Assembly: GCA_965204575.1 (NCBI GenBank)
Contig: OZ241993.1
Span: forward strand, 1,536,001-1,600,000
Reading direction: 5' to 3'
Length of the DNA stretch: 64,000 nucleotides
DNA from: an uncultured candidatus Porisulfidus sp.
GTDB taxonomy: Bacteria > Pseudomonadota > Gammaproteobacteria > Poriferisulfidales > Poriferisulfidaceae
Below, in pieces: positions 49,909 through 60,837 of this stretch. Positions within the stretch are counted from its first letter, which is position 1. Each line of letters opens with the position of its first letter. Under the pieces are notes generated by a model, which did not search any database, was not told the origin of the DNA, and saw nothing but the letters and a program-made list of their open reading frames with translations. The position numbers and the translations under genes were made by a program.

Positions 49909-51788
49909 GAGGTCACCCTCCGGGAACGGCGCCGGCGCTGAAACAGCCACAGGCCGACTGCAGCCATCGTGACCAAGACCGGAACCAGCCAGATATTGAC
50001 CAGGCGCAGGACGAAGCCGAGATGTTCGATATCCCGGTCCAGTTCGTGTCGAACCGAGCGCAACTCACGGCGCACCCGCAACCGCTCCTGCTGGAACGCC
50101 TCGATTTCAGCCCGCTGCTGTTCCGTCAACAGGCTCTGCTCCCCTTCCTGTCTCAGCTGCTGGATCCGGCTGATGCTCTCCTCCGCCTCCTGCAGCCGCT
50201 GCTGGAGCTCCTCCTCCTTGGCATGGAACCGCTGCTCCGCCTGTCGCCGCAGTTGTTCGACCACATGGAACGGTCGCGAGAATTCGGAACGGCCCCGCAA
50301 GCCGATCAGGTCACCACTGCCAGCCAGGCTCTCCAGCGCATTGACTACGAAATCACCGTTGCTGGCCCAGGCCTGTACGATCCGCTGCCCGAAAAAGTTC
50401 TGTACCCGCGCCCACAAGGTATCCGACAGCATGTCGGCATCCGCGACCACGATCGCATCGACCACCTCCCGCGCCTCGGCCAGATGTCCATCCGCAGGCT
50501 GAGCCGCATCCGCGGGCGGACCCTCCGGGAACATGCTGCCCGGCTGCAGCCGCACCCAAGCAGCCAGCGTCAAGGGGATGCCGCCGGGTTCGAACCACTC
50601 CAGCAAGGCAGTCGGGTCGGGAAGGTGCCGGTAGCGCGGTTTTGGAATCTCGCCGGAGTCCTCCGACGTGTACAAGAGCGGCTCGAACTCGCCCTGAAAC
50701 GCATCCGTCTTCTTGATCTGGCCCGCGAACCCGAACGTGACCCGGGACAGCTGGGCGGAGATCAGGTTGTCCTTGTTGATTCGTTCCTCGTCGAGCCCGA
50801 TGAACGAGATATGGCGAATCGGCCGCTGGATGTTCGGGCTTTGCACCGGCAGGGCCAGGGCCCGGTCGGCCACGATCGCGTCCATGTCGATCTCGAGTCC
50901 CCACGCGTCCAGCAACCGGTCGATGTCGGAGGCCTGAATCCCGCCCGAATCCGGAGGATTGCTGGCATCCTGGAACATGGGGTCCTTGTCCGCGTACGGG
51001 TCGGCAAACAGCATCAACCGGCCCCCGCGCATCAGGAATTGGTCCACCGCATACAGCATTTTCTCGGACAGGTCCTTCGGGTGAATCAGTATCAGGATCC
51101 GAATGTCCGGGTCGATCACTCCGGCTTCGACGTCGATCTGGCGGGCCTCGAACAGCCGTTCGATATGGTCGAGAATCGCCCACTGGGGCGTGGACCGCTG
51201 GCTCGCCAGGTCAAACCCGCCGAACACCTGCAGGCCGGTGAGAATTCCCACCACAGGTTTTGCCGGATTCGTCAGGGCATAAATCAACTGGCTGATGTCG
51301 TACTCAAGGAAAGCTTCGCGGTCCGGCTGAAAGAATTCGATGACCTCGACGTCATCCACCACGTTCGTGCCAACCAGGCCGAAATACAACTTGTCGCCGC
51401 CCTGCACCGGGAGCGATTGCAGGTTGAACTCCGTCGCCCGGTCCTCCTCTTCCGAATACGGCGCCGGATCGATCACGTGCAGGATCAGCCGACCGTCCGA
51501 GTAATGCGCATACTCTTCCAGCAATTCCCGAACCCGCCGCGCGTAGTTGCGCAGGGGCGCGTTCTCCGCGCTGGCCCGGTCCGAGAAGAACAGGTACAGG
51601 TTGATCGGCTGCTGGATGCTGTCGATCACCCTCAGGGTGCCCTCGCTCATGGTATAGAGCTTCTGCTCGGTCAGATCCAGCCGCATGTTGTCCAGGGCCA
51701 GGTTGCTCAACATGATGGAGGAGACAAACAGCACGGCCAGCAGGCCGAGCCCTGCCGCCGTATAGGTCTTTCTGTTCGAGCCGTTCAT
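49905..51788 (-). CDS. GldG-family ABC auxiliary protein
   Basis: RLDLTEQKLYT.SEGT, LEYDIS.LI, DQFLMRGG, C-terminal coiled coil and TM. Confidence 0.9.
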   Translation of the reverse strand: MNGSNRKTYTAAGLGLLAVLFVSSIMLSNLALDNMRLDLTEQKLYTMSEGTLRVIDSIQQPINLYLFFSDRASAENAPLRNYARRVRELLEEYAHYSDGRLILHVIDPAPYSEEEDRATEFNLQSLPVQGGDKLYFGLVGTNVVDDVEVIEFFQPDREAFLEYDISQLIYALTNPAKPVVGILTGLQVFGGFDLASQRSTPQWAILDHIERLFEARQIDVEAGVIDPDIRILILIHPKDLSEKMLYAVDQFLMRGGRLMLFADPYADKDPMFQDASNPPDSGGIQASDIDRLLDAWGLEIDMDAIVADRALALPVQSPNIQRPIRHISFIGLDEERINKDNLISAQLSRVTFGFAGQIKKTDAFQGEFEPLLYTSEDSGEIPKPRYRHLPDPTALLEWFEPGGIPLTLAAWVRLQPGSMFPEGPPADAAQPADGHLAEAREVVDAIVVADADMLSDTLWARVQNFFGQRIVQAWASNGDFVVNALESLAGSGDLIGLRGRSEFSRPFHVVEQLRRQAEQRFHAKEEELQQRLQEAEESISRIQQLRQEGEQSLLTEQQRAEIEAFQQERLRVRRELRSVRHELDRDIEHLGFVLRLVNIWLVPVLVTMAAVGLWLFQRRRRSRRVTS

Positions 51789-52519
51789 GCGGCCTTGCGA
51801 GCCCGGACCACGATCATGTTCGCGTACAGCCAGGCCGAGATCAGGATCACGAAGTAGGACAGGTCCCGCAAGTCGATCACGCCCTTGTTGATCGAGGAAA
51901 AGTGGGTCAGGAAGCTCAGCGACGCGATGGCATCGACGACCGGCTGCGGGAGCCATAGCTGGAAGAAGTCCAGCACCAGCGGGAAGCCGCTCAGCAGGAA
52001 CAGGAAGCAAGTCACCAGGCTGAGGATGAATGCCACGACCTGGTTGCGCGTGGTCGCGGAAATGCAGGCGCCGATGGCCATGAACCCGCCCGCCATCAGG
52101 AAACTGCCTAGGTAGGCGCCCAGGATGATGCCGTTGTCCGGATCGCCCAGATAGTTGACCGTGAGCCAGATCGGGAACGTCAGGAACAACGCGATGCCGG
52201 TGAAAATCCAGGCTGCCAGGAACTTCCCGAGTACCGCCTGCGGCACGGTCACCGGGAGCGTCATCAGCAGTTCGATGCTGCCGGTCTTCCGCTCCTCCGC
52301 CCACAGGCGCATGGAGATGGCCGGGACCAGGAACAGGTACAGCCAGGGGTGGAACGTGAAGAATGCGCCCAGGTCCGCCTGCTCGCGCTCGTAGAAATTT
52401 CCCAGGTAGAAGCTCAGCGTCCCGGACAGCAGGAGGAAGATCATGATAAAGACATAGGCCACCGGTGTCTGGAAATAGCCAACCAGCTCCCGGCGCAGAA
52501 TCGCGATCAGGTTATTCAT
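51785..52519 (-). CDS. GldF-like ABC-2 permease
   Basis: REL..YF.TP.AY, PAISMRLWAEERK.G.IELL.TLP, GKFLA. Confidence 0.92.
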   Translation of the reverse strand: MNNLIAILRRELVGYFQTPVAYVFIMIFLLLSGTLSFYLGNFYEREQADLGAFFTFHPWLYLFLVPAISMRLWAEERKTGSIELLMTLPVTVPQAVLGKFLAAWIFTGIALFLTFPIWLTVNYLGDPDNGIILGAYLGSFLMAGGFMAIGACISATTRNQVVAFILSLVTCFLFLLSGFPLVLDFFQLWLPQPVVDAIASLSFLTHFSSINKGVIDLRDLSYFVILISAWLYANMIVVRARKAA

Positions 52520-53438
52520 GGACGTTATGGGTCAGGGTGTGGAACACGTCGTCCAGCCGCCCGGCCTGGATGTGCAGCGGAACTTCCTTCAGGTTGTGCC
52601 GCAACAGGACATCGCGGACCGCGCCTTCCAGCGTGCAGCCGGGCCGGGGGATCAGGGTCAGACCCTGATTGCGCTCCGGCTCCACCACCGCGACGTCTTC
52701 GAGTTCGCCAAGCGCGACGCGCACCGGCTCCTTCAATTCCGCCTGGACCGTGACGGCATTGCAGTACCGGGAGCGGCGGCGCAACTCCCCGGGGGTTTCG
52801 TCGACCAGGATCTTGCCGGCGGAGACAATGATGGCCCGCGTGCAGATGGCCTCGACCTCCTCGAGAATGTGCGTCGAGATGATGATGGTCTTGTCCTTCG
52901 CCATCTCATTGATGAAGTCGCGCACCTGGCGCTTCTGGTTCGGATCCAGTCCGTCGGTCGGTTCGTCCATGATCAACACGCGCGGGTCGTGCAGCATGGC
53001 CTGCGCCAGGCCGACCCGGCGGCGGTATCCTTTCGACAGGGTGTCGACCGGGCGGTGCAGCACGGGTTCCAATCCCAACTGCCCGATGACCCAGTCCAGT
53101 CGCCCCCGACGATCTTCGGGCCGGCGGATGTCCGCCACGAAATTCAGGAACTGCCACGGCGTCATCTCGCTGTACGCCGGGGCCCCCTCCGGCAGGTAGC
53201 CCAGGCATCTCTTGGCCGCCTCCGGCTGGGTCTCGGCCGGGTGGCCGCAAACCGTCACGCGGCCCGAGGTTGGCGGCAGGAAGCCGGTGATGATCTTCAT
53301 GGTCGTGGACTTTCCGGCGCCGTTCGGTCCGAGAAAACCCAAGACCTCGCCGGACCCGACCTCAAAGCTCAGGTCGTCCACGGCATGCAGGTCACCGTAG
53401 ATCTTGACTAGGTTTTCAACCACAACAGACCCGGACAT
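52512..53438 (-). CDS. GldA-like ABC ATP-binding protein
   Basis: GPNGAGKSTT, LSKGY.RRVGLAQA, DEPT.GLDPNQ. Confidence 0.92.
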   Translation of the reverse strand: MSGSVVVENLVKIYGDLHAVDDLSFEVGSGEVLGFLGPNGAGKSTTMKIITGFLPPTSGRVTVCGHPAETQPEAAKRCLGYLPEGAPAYSEMTPWQFLNFVADIRRPEDRRGRLDWVIGQLGLEPVLHRPVDTLSKGYRRRVGLAQAMLHDPRVLIMDEPTDGLDPNQKRQVRDFINEMAKDKTIIISTHILEEVEAICTRAIIVSAGKILVDETPGELRRRSRYCNAVTVQAELKEPVRVALGELEDVAVVEPERNQGLTLIPRPGCTLEGAVRDVLLRHNLKEVPLHIQAGRLDDVFHTLTHNVHE

Positions 53439-53557
53439 GTGAGCGCTCCTCTCTTTCTTGTGTATACGGGAGTTCAGGCGTCGCCGATTAATATGGGGCT
53501 TGCCCCTGCCGTTTCAAGCGGATTCCGGTTGCTGCGCATGGTCGAGCGACGGCCCCT

Positions 53558-54457
53558 TCAATCCGCATAGTAGTAGTCGTAGCGCCTCAGCAGGTCCAGC
53601 GAAAACTCCCAGCCCTCCTGATAGGTCAGGTTGCTGTCCATCGGGATCACGATCCGGACGAACAACTTGTTCCCGTGTTCCTCTTTGAGTCGCGACAGGG
53701 CCTGGTGCATTTCTTCCTGACCGACGGGTTCGAATTGCTCGGCGTCCGGGAACTTGAGCATGAACAACGGCTGCCCCTCCACCTTCATGTAGCGAACGGC
53801 CGTGACCACCTTGCCCATGGGGCTGCGGGCCGGCTTGGACAATGCGGCGTATTTCTCGCCCATCTCCTCGTACTCTTTCTGCAGGAGTTCCAGCTCCTCC
53901 CGAGTCTGCCGCTGCTGTTTCTCAACCTCGACGTACATCTGCTCGCGCAATACGTTTTCGTCCCGCATCTTCTCCAATTGCTGCTGTACTTCGAGCAATT
54001 CCTGCTCGCGCTCCGCGCTCACGTCCTGGCTCATCCTCATCTCCGTCTGTACGCGCGCATATTCCTCCTGCATGTCCATCAACTGTATCTGCTGCTCGGC
54101 CAACGCGCCCTGCGCACCGGCCAGGTCTTCCTCCCGCTGTTCCAACTGCCCGGTCTTGGCTTCCAGTGCCTCGCGGGTTTTTCCCATGCGGCCCTGCATC
54201 TCTTCCAACTCGAGTTGAAGCAGCATGCGGCGCAGGTTCAGGTCTTCCGCCCTTTCCCTGGCCTGCCGCTCGAGTGCGACCGTTTCCTGAACCTGTCTGG
54301 ACAGGTCCCAGTTGTGCAGCACGGCGACCGTGCTGGACATCAGGAACACGATGACCACGACCATCATGATGTCGGTGAAGGACGGCCAGAAGTTCTCCTC
54401 GTTGATCGAGGAGAGATGGGAGGCGTAGTCGGGAAACGAGGATTGGCCGCCGATCAT
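53558..54457 (-). CDS. Single-TM coiled-coil protein with MotB-plug-like N-terminus
   Basis: FWPSFTDIMMVVVIVFL (Asp in TM), long heptad-rich region, small globular C-domain ending YDYYYAD. Confidence 0.75.
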   Translation of the reverse strand: MIGGQSSFPDYASHLSSINEENFWPSFTDIMMVVVIVFLMSSTVAVLHNWDLSRQVQETVALERQARERAEDLNLRRMLLQLELEEMQGRMGKTREALEAKTGQLEQREEDLAGAQGALAEQQIQLMDMQEEYARVQTEMRMSQDVSAEREQELLEVQQQLEKMRDENVLREQMYVEVEKQQRQTREELELLQKEYEEMGEKYAALSKPARSPMGKVVTAVRYMKVEGQPLFMLKFPDAEQFEPVGQEEMHQALSRLKEEHGNKLFVRIVIPMDSNLTYQEGWEFSLDLLRRYDYYYAD

Positions 54458-54462
54458 GGTCC

Positions 54463-55383
54463 TTACTGGTCCAACCGGAACCCCTTCATCAGGGTCTTGT
54501 CGATGCTTTGCAGCGCTTCCATCAACTTCTTGCTGTGTTCGTTCTGCACGTGCCGCTCGTGGCGCATGGCTTCAAGGTGCGGAGCCAGGCGGTCCTGGAC
54601 TTCCGCCAAGGCAATGGCCACTTCGTTGAGGTCCTTCAGCCTGAGCGCCAAGGTGTGGGCCAGGTTTCCTCCTTCCCGTGACACCAGTGGCAGTAGCCGG
54701 CGCAAGGTCAACATCTCGATCTGCTGGCACACGCTGGACTGGCTCGCCACCAGCCGGGAAAAGATGAGCGTCAGCACCAAGTAGGCTGCAATAGCGGTCA
54801 TCGTGGTGGAAAGCGCGGTCGCCATCCCGTGGACCACCAGGCCGATGCCGCCTCCATTCTGCGGGAAGGACAGCAGGTCGGAAGCCCCAACCAGGGCCAA
54901 GGACAGCGATGCGACCGTCCCGAACACGCCGAGCAGGATCAGCAAGCTCTGTATCAAGCGGATCAGGCCGAGACGCGTCATCTCCTGGTTCAGCAGGATG
55001 GCCGACAGGGCCGCCTGCTGGGGGCGGTCCAGTTCCGATCGACCCTGCTGCAGGACGCGGTAACGCTGTACGATCAGGGATTCGGACAGGCCTTCGATGC
55101 CGGCCTCGGTCAGGCCGAAATCCACCTGCTCCTCGAACAGGGCAATGGTGCGGCTCTCGTGAGTGTAGGCGAACAACAGGTAGAAAACCCGAGCCAACGC
55201 CACCAGAAACAACACCCCGATGATGCCGTTGACGACCATGCCGAGTTGCGTCGCCAAGGGTCCCAAGTAGACTTCTTCCAGGGTCGCCCTTTGCCAGTAC
55301 AACAAGGCGGCGAACAGGAGCAGCGCGATGCCCGCCTGCAGTATCATGAAGTTCGGGCGGCTTGTAAAAATCTTTTGAATCAT
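54463..55383 (-). CDS. MotA/TolQ/ExbB-family membrane protein
   Basis: Four hydrophobic segments; LLGVFGTV...GMATALSTT channel motif. Confidence 0.8.
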   Translation of the reverse strand: MIQKIFTSRPNFMILQAGIALLLFAALLYWQRATLEEVYLGPLATQLGMVVNGIIGVLFLVALARVFYLLFAYTHESRTIALFEEQVDFGLTEAGIEGLSESLIVQRYRVLQQGRSELDRPQQAALSAILLNQEMTRLGLIRLIQSLLILLGVFGTVASLSLALVGASDLLSFPQNGGGIGLVVHGMATALSTTMTAIAAYLVLTLIFSRLVASQSSVCQQIEMLTLRRLLPLVSREGGNLAHTLALRLKDLNEVAIALAEVQDRLAPHLEAMRHERHVQNEHSKKLMEALQSIDKTLMKGFRLDQ

Positions 55384-55480
55384 GGCGTTAGCGATGAAAT
55401 TGTCGTTCGCTTCCAGCCCTCCTTAGGCCGGGGAAGTATATCAGAACGGCTTGTTTTCATGCTGGTTTTTCGGGGGAATG

Positions 55481-55782
55481 TGGTGCGGGCGGAGGGATTC
55501 GAACCCCCACGGGCAAAGCCCAGCGGATTTTCGCACCAGCTACGGCTTTCGCCGCCGCCGCTGTGCGGCGTTTGTGGTCCGGACTATCCCTTCACCTTAG
55601 CCATCCGGCCTTAGGCGCTGCCCGTCTAGTCTCTACACCTTCCCGGAAATTCCTTCCCAGGCTTGGCTCGGGATCGCCATTTGACAGGGTTCCCCGAATT
55701 TGAGCAGTTCTACATCCCCGGTTTCCCGGGGAGCACTCAAAAGCCTCAAGTCCGCAGCGTCTACCGGTTCCGCCACGCCCGC
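55481..55782 (-). tRNA. leuZ: tRNA-Leu(UAA), interrupted: exon 1 55782-55748, exon 2 55531-55481
   Basis: Spliced 86-nt cloverleaf: acceptor GCGGGCG/CGCCCGC-ACCA, anticodon arm GCGGA-CTTAAAA-TCCGC, long variable arm, TTCGAAT; third gene of the Gly-Cys-Leu cluster. Confidence 0.93.
55532..55747 (-). ncRNA. Group I self-splicing intron (216 nt, IC3-like) in the tRNA-Leu anticodon
   Basis: Exon U before intron, terminal G; P1 ACTT/GAGT; P AAATTCGGGGAA, Q GATCCCGAGC, R GTAGAGACTAGACGG, S AAGGGATAGTCC; P3 CTGCTC/GGGCAG; P7 GACTA/TAGTC; GAAA tetraloops. Confidence 0.92.
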
Positions 55783-55819
55783 AACGCGCCCATCATAGTA
55801 CATAGGGAGTGGAGATTGA

Positions 55820-55893
55820 TGGAGGCTGAGGTCGGAATCGAACCGGCGTCCACGGCTTTGCAGGCCGCTGCATAACCACTCTGCCACTCAGCC
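55820..55893 (-). tRNA. cysT: tRNA-Cys(GCA)
   Basis: GGCTGAG...GCGGC-CTGCAAA-GCCGT...TTCGATT...CTCAGCC-TCCA. Confidence 0.95.
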
Positions 55894-55907
55894 CCAAAGC
55901 AAGGAAC

Positions 55908-55983
55908 TGGAGCGGGAAACCGGGTTCGAACCGGCGACCTTAACCTTGGCAAGGTTACGCTCTACCAACTGAGCTATTCCCGC
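55908..55983 (-). tRNA. glyW: tRNA-Gly(GCC)
   Basis: GCGGGAATAGCTCAGTTGGTAGAGC...TTGCCAA...TTCGAAC...TTCCCGC-TCCA. Confidence 0.97.
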
Positions 55984-56170
55984 TCCGCGCGGCAGAATTG
56001 TCGCACCCCCACCCGGGGCTGTCAAATGAAAAGGCAAAAAAACCCGGGAGCAGTCGCATCGATCTTCGACTTCGGAGCCAATTAATTCCGTTTCTGTTAA
56101 AATTGCCCGGTTAGCCTTTCCGGGTTCGCGATTTCGCGTCGCGCCGGGCAAGGTTGCCCTAATCAATGAG

Positions 56171-57490
56171 ATGAGGAACTCTCAAGTGGATCGAGAAAAA
56201 CAGATTGAAGCCCTACAGAAAGACTGGGATAGCAACCCTCGCTGGAGCGACGTACGTCGCGGCTACACAGCGGAAGATGTCGTGCGCCTGCGCGGCTCGC
56301 GCGTGCCTGCCAACACCACCGCGACGGAAGGTGCCGAGAAGCTCTGGCGCCTGGTCAACGGCGAGGCGCGCAAGGGTTACGTTAACTGCCTCGGCGCCCT
56401 GACCGGCGGCCAGGCGGTGCAGCAGGTCAAGGCTGGCATCGAGGCCATCTACCTGTCCGGCTGGCAGGTTGCTGCTGACGCCAACACATCCGAAACCATG
56501 TACCCGGACCAGTCCCTGTACGCCTACGATTCGGTGCCGACCGTGGTACGCCGCATCAATAACGCGTTCAAGCGCGCGGACGAGATCCAGTGGTCGCGCG
56601 GCACCAATCCCGGCGATGAGGAATTCGTCGACTATTTCGCCCCGATCGTGGCCGATGCCGAGGCCGGGTTCGGCGGCGTGCTCAACGCCTTCGAGCTGAT
56701 GAAAAACATGATCAACAACGGTGCCGCCGGGGTCCACTACGAGGACCAGCTGGCCGCCGTCAAGAAGTGCGGCCACATGGGCGGAAAAGTGCTGGTGCCG
56801 ACCCAGGAGGCGGTCCAGAAACTGGTCGCGGCCCGGCTGGCCGCCGACGTCATGGGCGTCCCCACCGTGGTACTGGCGCGCACCGATGCGGAAGCCGCCA
56901 ACCTCGTGACCTCCGACTTCGACGAGAACGACAAGCCTTTCCTGACCGGCGAGCGGACCTCCGAAGGGTTCTACCGTGTGCGCAACGGCCTCGACCAAGC
57001 AATCTCGCGCGGCCTGGCGTACGCGCCTTACGCGGACCTAGTCTGGTGCGAGACCGGCACGCCGGATCTGGAATTCGCCGGGGCGTTCGCGGAAGCCCTG
57101 CGCAAGGAGTACCCAAATCAGCTGCTGGCTTACAACTGCTCCCCCTCCTTCAACTGGCGGAAGAACCTGGACGACGCGACGATCGCGAAGTTCCAGCGCG
57201 AGCTGTCGGCGATGGGCTATAAATACCAGTTCATCACCCTGGCCGGCATCCACAGCATGTGGTACAACATGTTCGACCTTGCCTACGACTACGCGGGCGA
57301 GGAAGGCATGAAGCATTACGTGGAGAAAGTCCAGGAGCCGGAGTTCGCTTCGGCAGACCGGGGCTACACGTTCGTCAGCCACCAGCAGGAGGTCGGGGCC
57401 GGCTACTTCGATGACGTGACCACCGTCATCCAGGGCGGGCAGTCTTCCGTCACGGCACTGACCGGGTCCACTGAAGAAGAGCAGTTCTGA
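56171..57490 (+). CDS. aceA: Isocitrate lyase
   Basis: [42 protein letters not shown]. Confidence 0.98.
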   Translation: MRNSQVDREKQIEALQKDWDSNPRWSDVRRGYTAEDVVRLRGSRVPANTTATEGAEKLWRLVNGEARKGYVNCLGALTGGQAVQQVKAGIEAIYLSGWQVAADANTSETMYPDQSLYAYDSVPTVVRRINNAFKRADEIQWSRGTNPGDEEFVDYFAPIVADAEAGFGGVLNAFELMKNMINNGAAGVHYEDQLAAVKKCGHMGGKVLVPTQEAVQKLVAARLAADVMGVPTVVLARTDAEAANLVTSDFDENDKPFLTGERTSEGFYRVRNGLDQAISRGLAYAPYADLVWCETGTPDLEFAGAFAEALRKEYPNQLLAYNCSPSFNWRKNLDDATIAKFQRELSAMGYKYQFITLAGIHSMWYNMFDLAYDYAGEEGMKHYVEKVQEPEFASADRGYTFVSHQQEVGAGYFDDVTTVIQGGQSSVTALTGSTEEEQF

Positions 57491-57513
57491 CGGCCCTCGG
57501 CCAAGGGTGCGGC

Positions 57514-58857
<1,344 letters not shown>

Positions 58858-58901
58858 CGCGGGTCTTGCTATAATTGTTATTCCCCGATCACGGCAGTGT
58901 C

Positions 58902-59234
58902 ATGCAAGAACCAGAGCCGATCTACAAAGTGATTTTCTTCTCCAACGGGGAAATCTACGAGATCTACGCGGAGCACGTCTACTCCTCCGACCTGTATGGC
59001 TTCATCGTCATCGAGGGAATCATTTTCGGCGAGAAAGCGAAAGTGGTGGTCGACCCGAGTGAAGAACGGCTGAAGGCCGAGTTTGAGTCCGTCCCTCGGA
59101 CCTATATCCCGATGCACTCGGTCATGCGCATCGACGAGGTGGAGAAAGCGGGAACCGGCGAAATCCGCAAGGCCGAAGGAAACGTCACGTACCTGCCCCC
59201 GATGGCGGGAACGGGCGACATCCAGAAAGCCTGA
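58902..59234 (+). CDS. DUF1820-family protein
   Basis: IYKV.F...G.IYE.YA, VVDPSEERLK.EF, IPMH.V.RIDEV. Confidence 0.88.
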   Translation: MQEPEPIYKVIFFSNGEIYEIYAEHVYSSDLYGFIVIEGIIFGEKAKVVVDPSEERLKAEFESVPRTYIPMHSVMRIDEVEKAGTGEIRKAEGNVTYLPPMAGTGDIQKA

Positions 59235-59255
59235 GGCTTCCACCGGAGGGATCCC

Positions 59256-59346
<91 letters not shown>

Positions 59347-59485
59347 GATCTTGCGGTCGGCTAATGACCTCATCTGAAACCTTGAAACAGCCTGATGTCG
59401 CCATGATTCCTATCCAGATCGACCCCCTCAAACCGACTAAATAACAAGACGAAAATTATCCGAACGGGGTATACTTTCCGGGATT

Positions 59486-60835
59486 ATGCCTTCTCTGTCT
59501 CGCGTCGCGCCCGTACTCCCGCTTGCAGCCATCCTCACCCTGCCCGCCTGGGCGGCGTTCCCTTGGGAAGGCAGCGAGGATTCGCTGCCTTCGCTGGCCC
59601 CGATGCTCGAAAAAACCGTGCCGGCGGTCGTCAATATCTCCACCGCCCACGAAGAGGTGGTGCGCACGGGCCCGTTGTTCCGAGACCCTTTCTTCCAGCA
59701 TTTTTTCGGCCTGCCCGGCCAACAGACCCGGAAACGGGTGCGACGAGGCCTCGGCACCGGCGTGATCCTGGATGCGGAAAAAGGCCATGTCGTCACCAAC
59801 CATCACCTGATCGCGCGAGCCGATGACATCACGGTGGCCCTGAGCGACGGGCGTGAAGTCAAGGCCGAATTGATCGGCTCGGACAGCGAAACGGACGTGG
59901 CCATGCTGCGTATCGAGACCGGGGACCTGACCAGCCTGCCATTCGCCGATCCCGAGCAACTTCGAGTCGGCGATTTCGTCGTGGCGATCGGCAATCCTTT
60001 CGGCTTAGGCCAGACCGTAACTTCCGGGATCGTCAGCGCGCTGGGCCGCAGCGGCGTATTCGACAACTACGGCTACGAGGACTTCATCCAGACCGACGCC
60101 TCTATCAACCCCGGAAATTCCGGCGGCGCCCTGGTGAACTTGCGCGGTGAACTGGTCGGCATCAATACCGCGATCCTGAGCCGGTCCGGCGGCAATATCG
60201 GGATCGGTTTCGCGATCCCCATCCACATGGTGCTACAGGTGGCCGACCAGTTGACCGAATTCGGCCAGGTACAGCGCGGCCAACTCGGGGTACAGGCTCA
60301 AGCCATGACCCCGGAACTGACGGAAGCATTCGGCCTCAAACAAACTGAGGGCGTCGTCATCACCGAAGTGGTGGAAGGATCCCCGGCCGACCAAGCCGGA
60401 ATTGTCCCGGGAGACATTCTGGTGCGCATTGATGGAGAAGAGATCCGTGATGTCAAGGACATGCGCAATGTGCTGGGCCTGCTGCGTGCTGGCCGAGAAG
60501 TGGAGATTGAACTGCTCCGCGGCCGCGAGACCGTAACCGTCCGCGCGGCGACCGCGACCCTGCGCATCGACGGGGCCAATCTCCACTCGGCCCTGGCCGG
60601 GCTGACGCTGTCGACCCAGCGGGATGCCGAGACGACGTTCGTCGAAATCGTCAAGGCCGAGCCCGGTTATCCTGCCACGCAAGCCGGAATTCGCGCCGGC
60701 GACCGGTTGCGTTCCGTCAACCGCCGCCCCGTGAAGAGCGTGGAGGATGTCCGCGCCACCATCAACCGGGGTTCCGCTCAAGTGCTGCTTCAGGTCCAGC
60801 GCGGAACACGCAGCCAGTTCATTTTGCTGCCCTGA
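59486..60835 (+). CDS. degQ: DegQ/DegP (Do-family) serine protease with two PDZ domains
   Basis: Signal peptide, TNHH, AIGNPFGL, IQTDA.INPGNSGG. Confidence 0.93.
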   Translation: MPSLSRVAPVLPLAAILTLPAWAAFPWEGSEDSLPSLAPMLEKTVPAVVNISTAHEEVVRTGPLFRDPFFQHFFGLPGQQTRKRVRRGLGTGVILDAEKGHVVTNHHLIARADDITVALSDGREVKAELIGSDSETDVAMLRIETGDLTSLPFADPEQLRVGDFVVAIGNPFGLGQTVTSGIVSALGRSGVFDNYGYEDFIQTDASINPGNSGGALVNLRGELVGINTAILSRSGGNIGIGFAIPIHMVLQVADQLTEFGQVQRGQLGVQAQAMTPELTEAFGLKQTEGVVITEVVEGSPADQAGIVPGDILVRIDGEEIRDVKDMRNVLGLLRAGREVEIELLRGRETVTVRAATATLRIDGANLHSALAGLTLSTQRDAETTFVEIVKAEPGYPATQAGIRAGDRLRSVNRRPVKSVEDVRATINRGSAQVLLQVQRGTRSQFILLP

Positions 60836-60837
60836 CC

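Noticed and set aside
49905-53438. Gliding motility machinery
   Set aside because: Gld-type ABC genes occur widely in non-gliding bacteria; no type IX secretion or gldKLMN genes here
53558-55383. Zorya (ZorAB) anti-phage system
   Set aside because: The B-like protein lacks an OmpA-type domain, the A-like protein lacks the long tail, and no zorC/D/E is nearby
55384-55480. Integrative element at the tRNA-Leu or tRNA-Ser 3' ends
   Set aside because: No integrase and no duplicated tRNA 3' end seen in the window
55633-56166. Small ORFs over the tRNA cluster (and 59083-59431)
   Set aside because: Explained by tRNA and intron sequences
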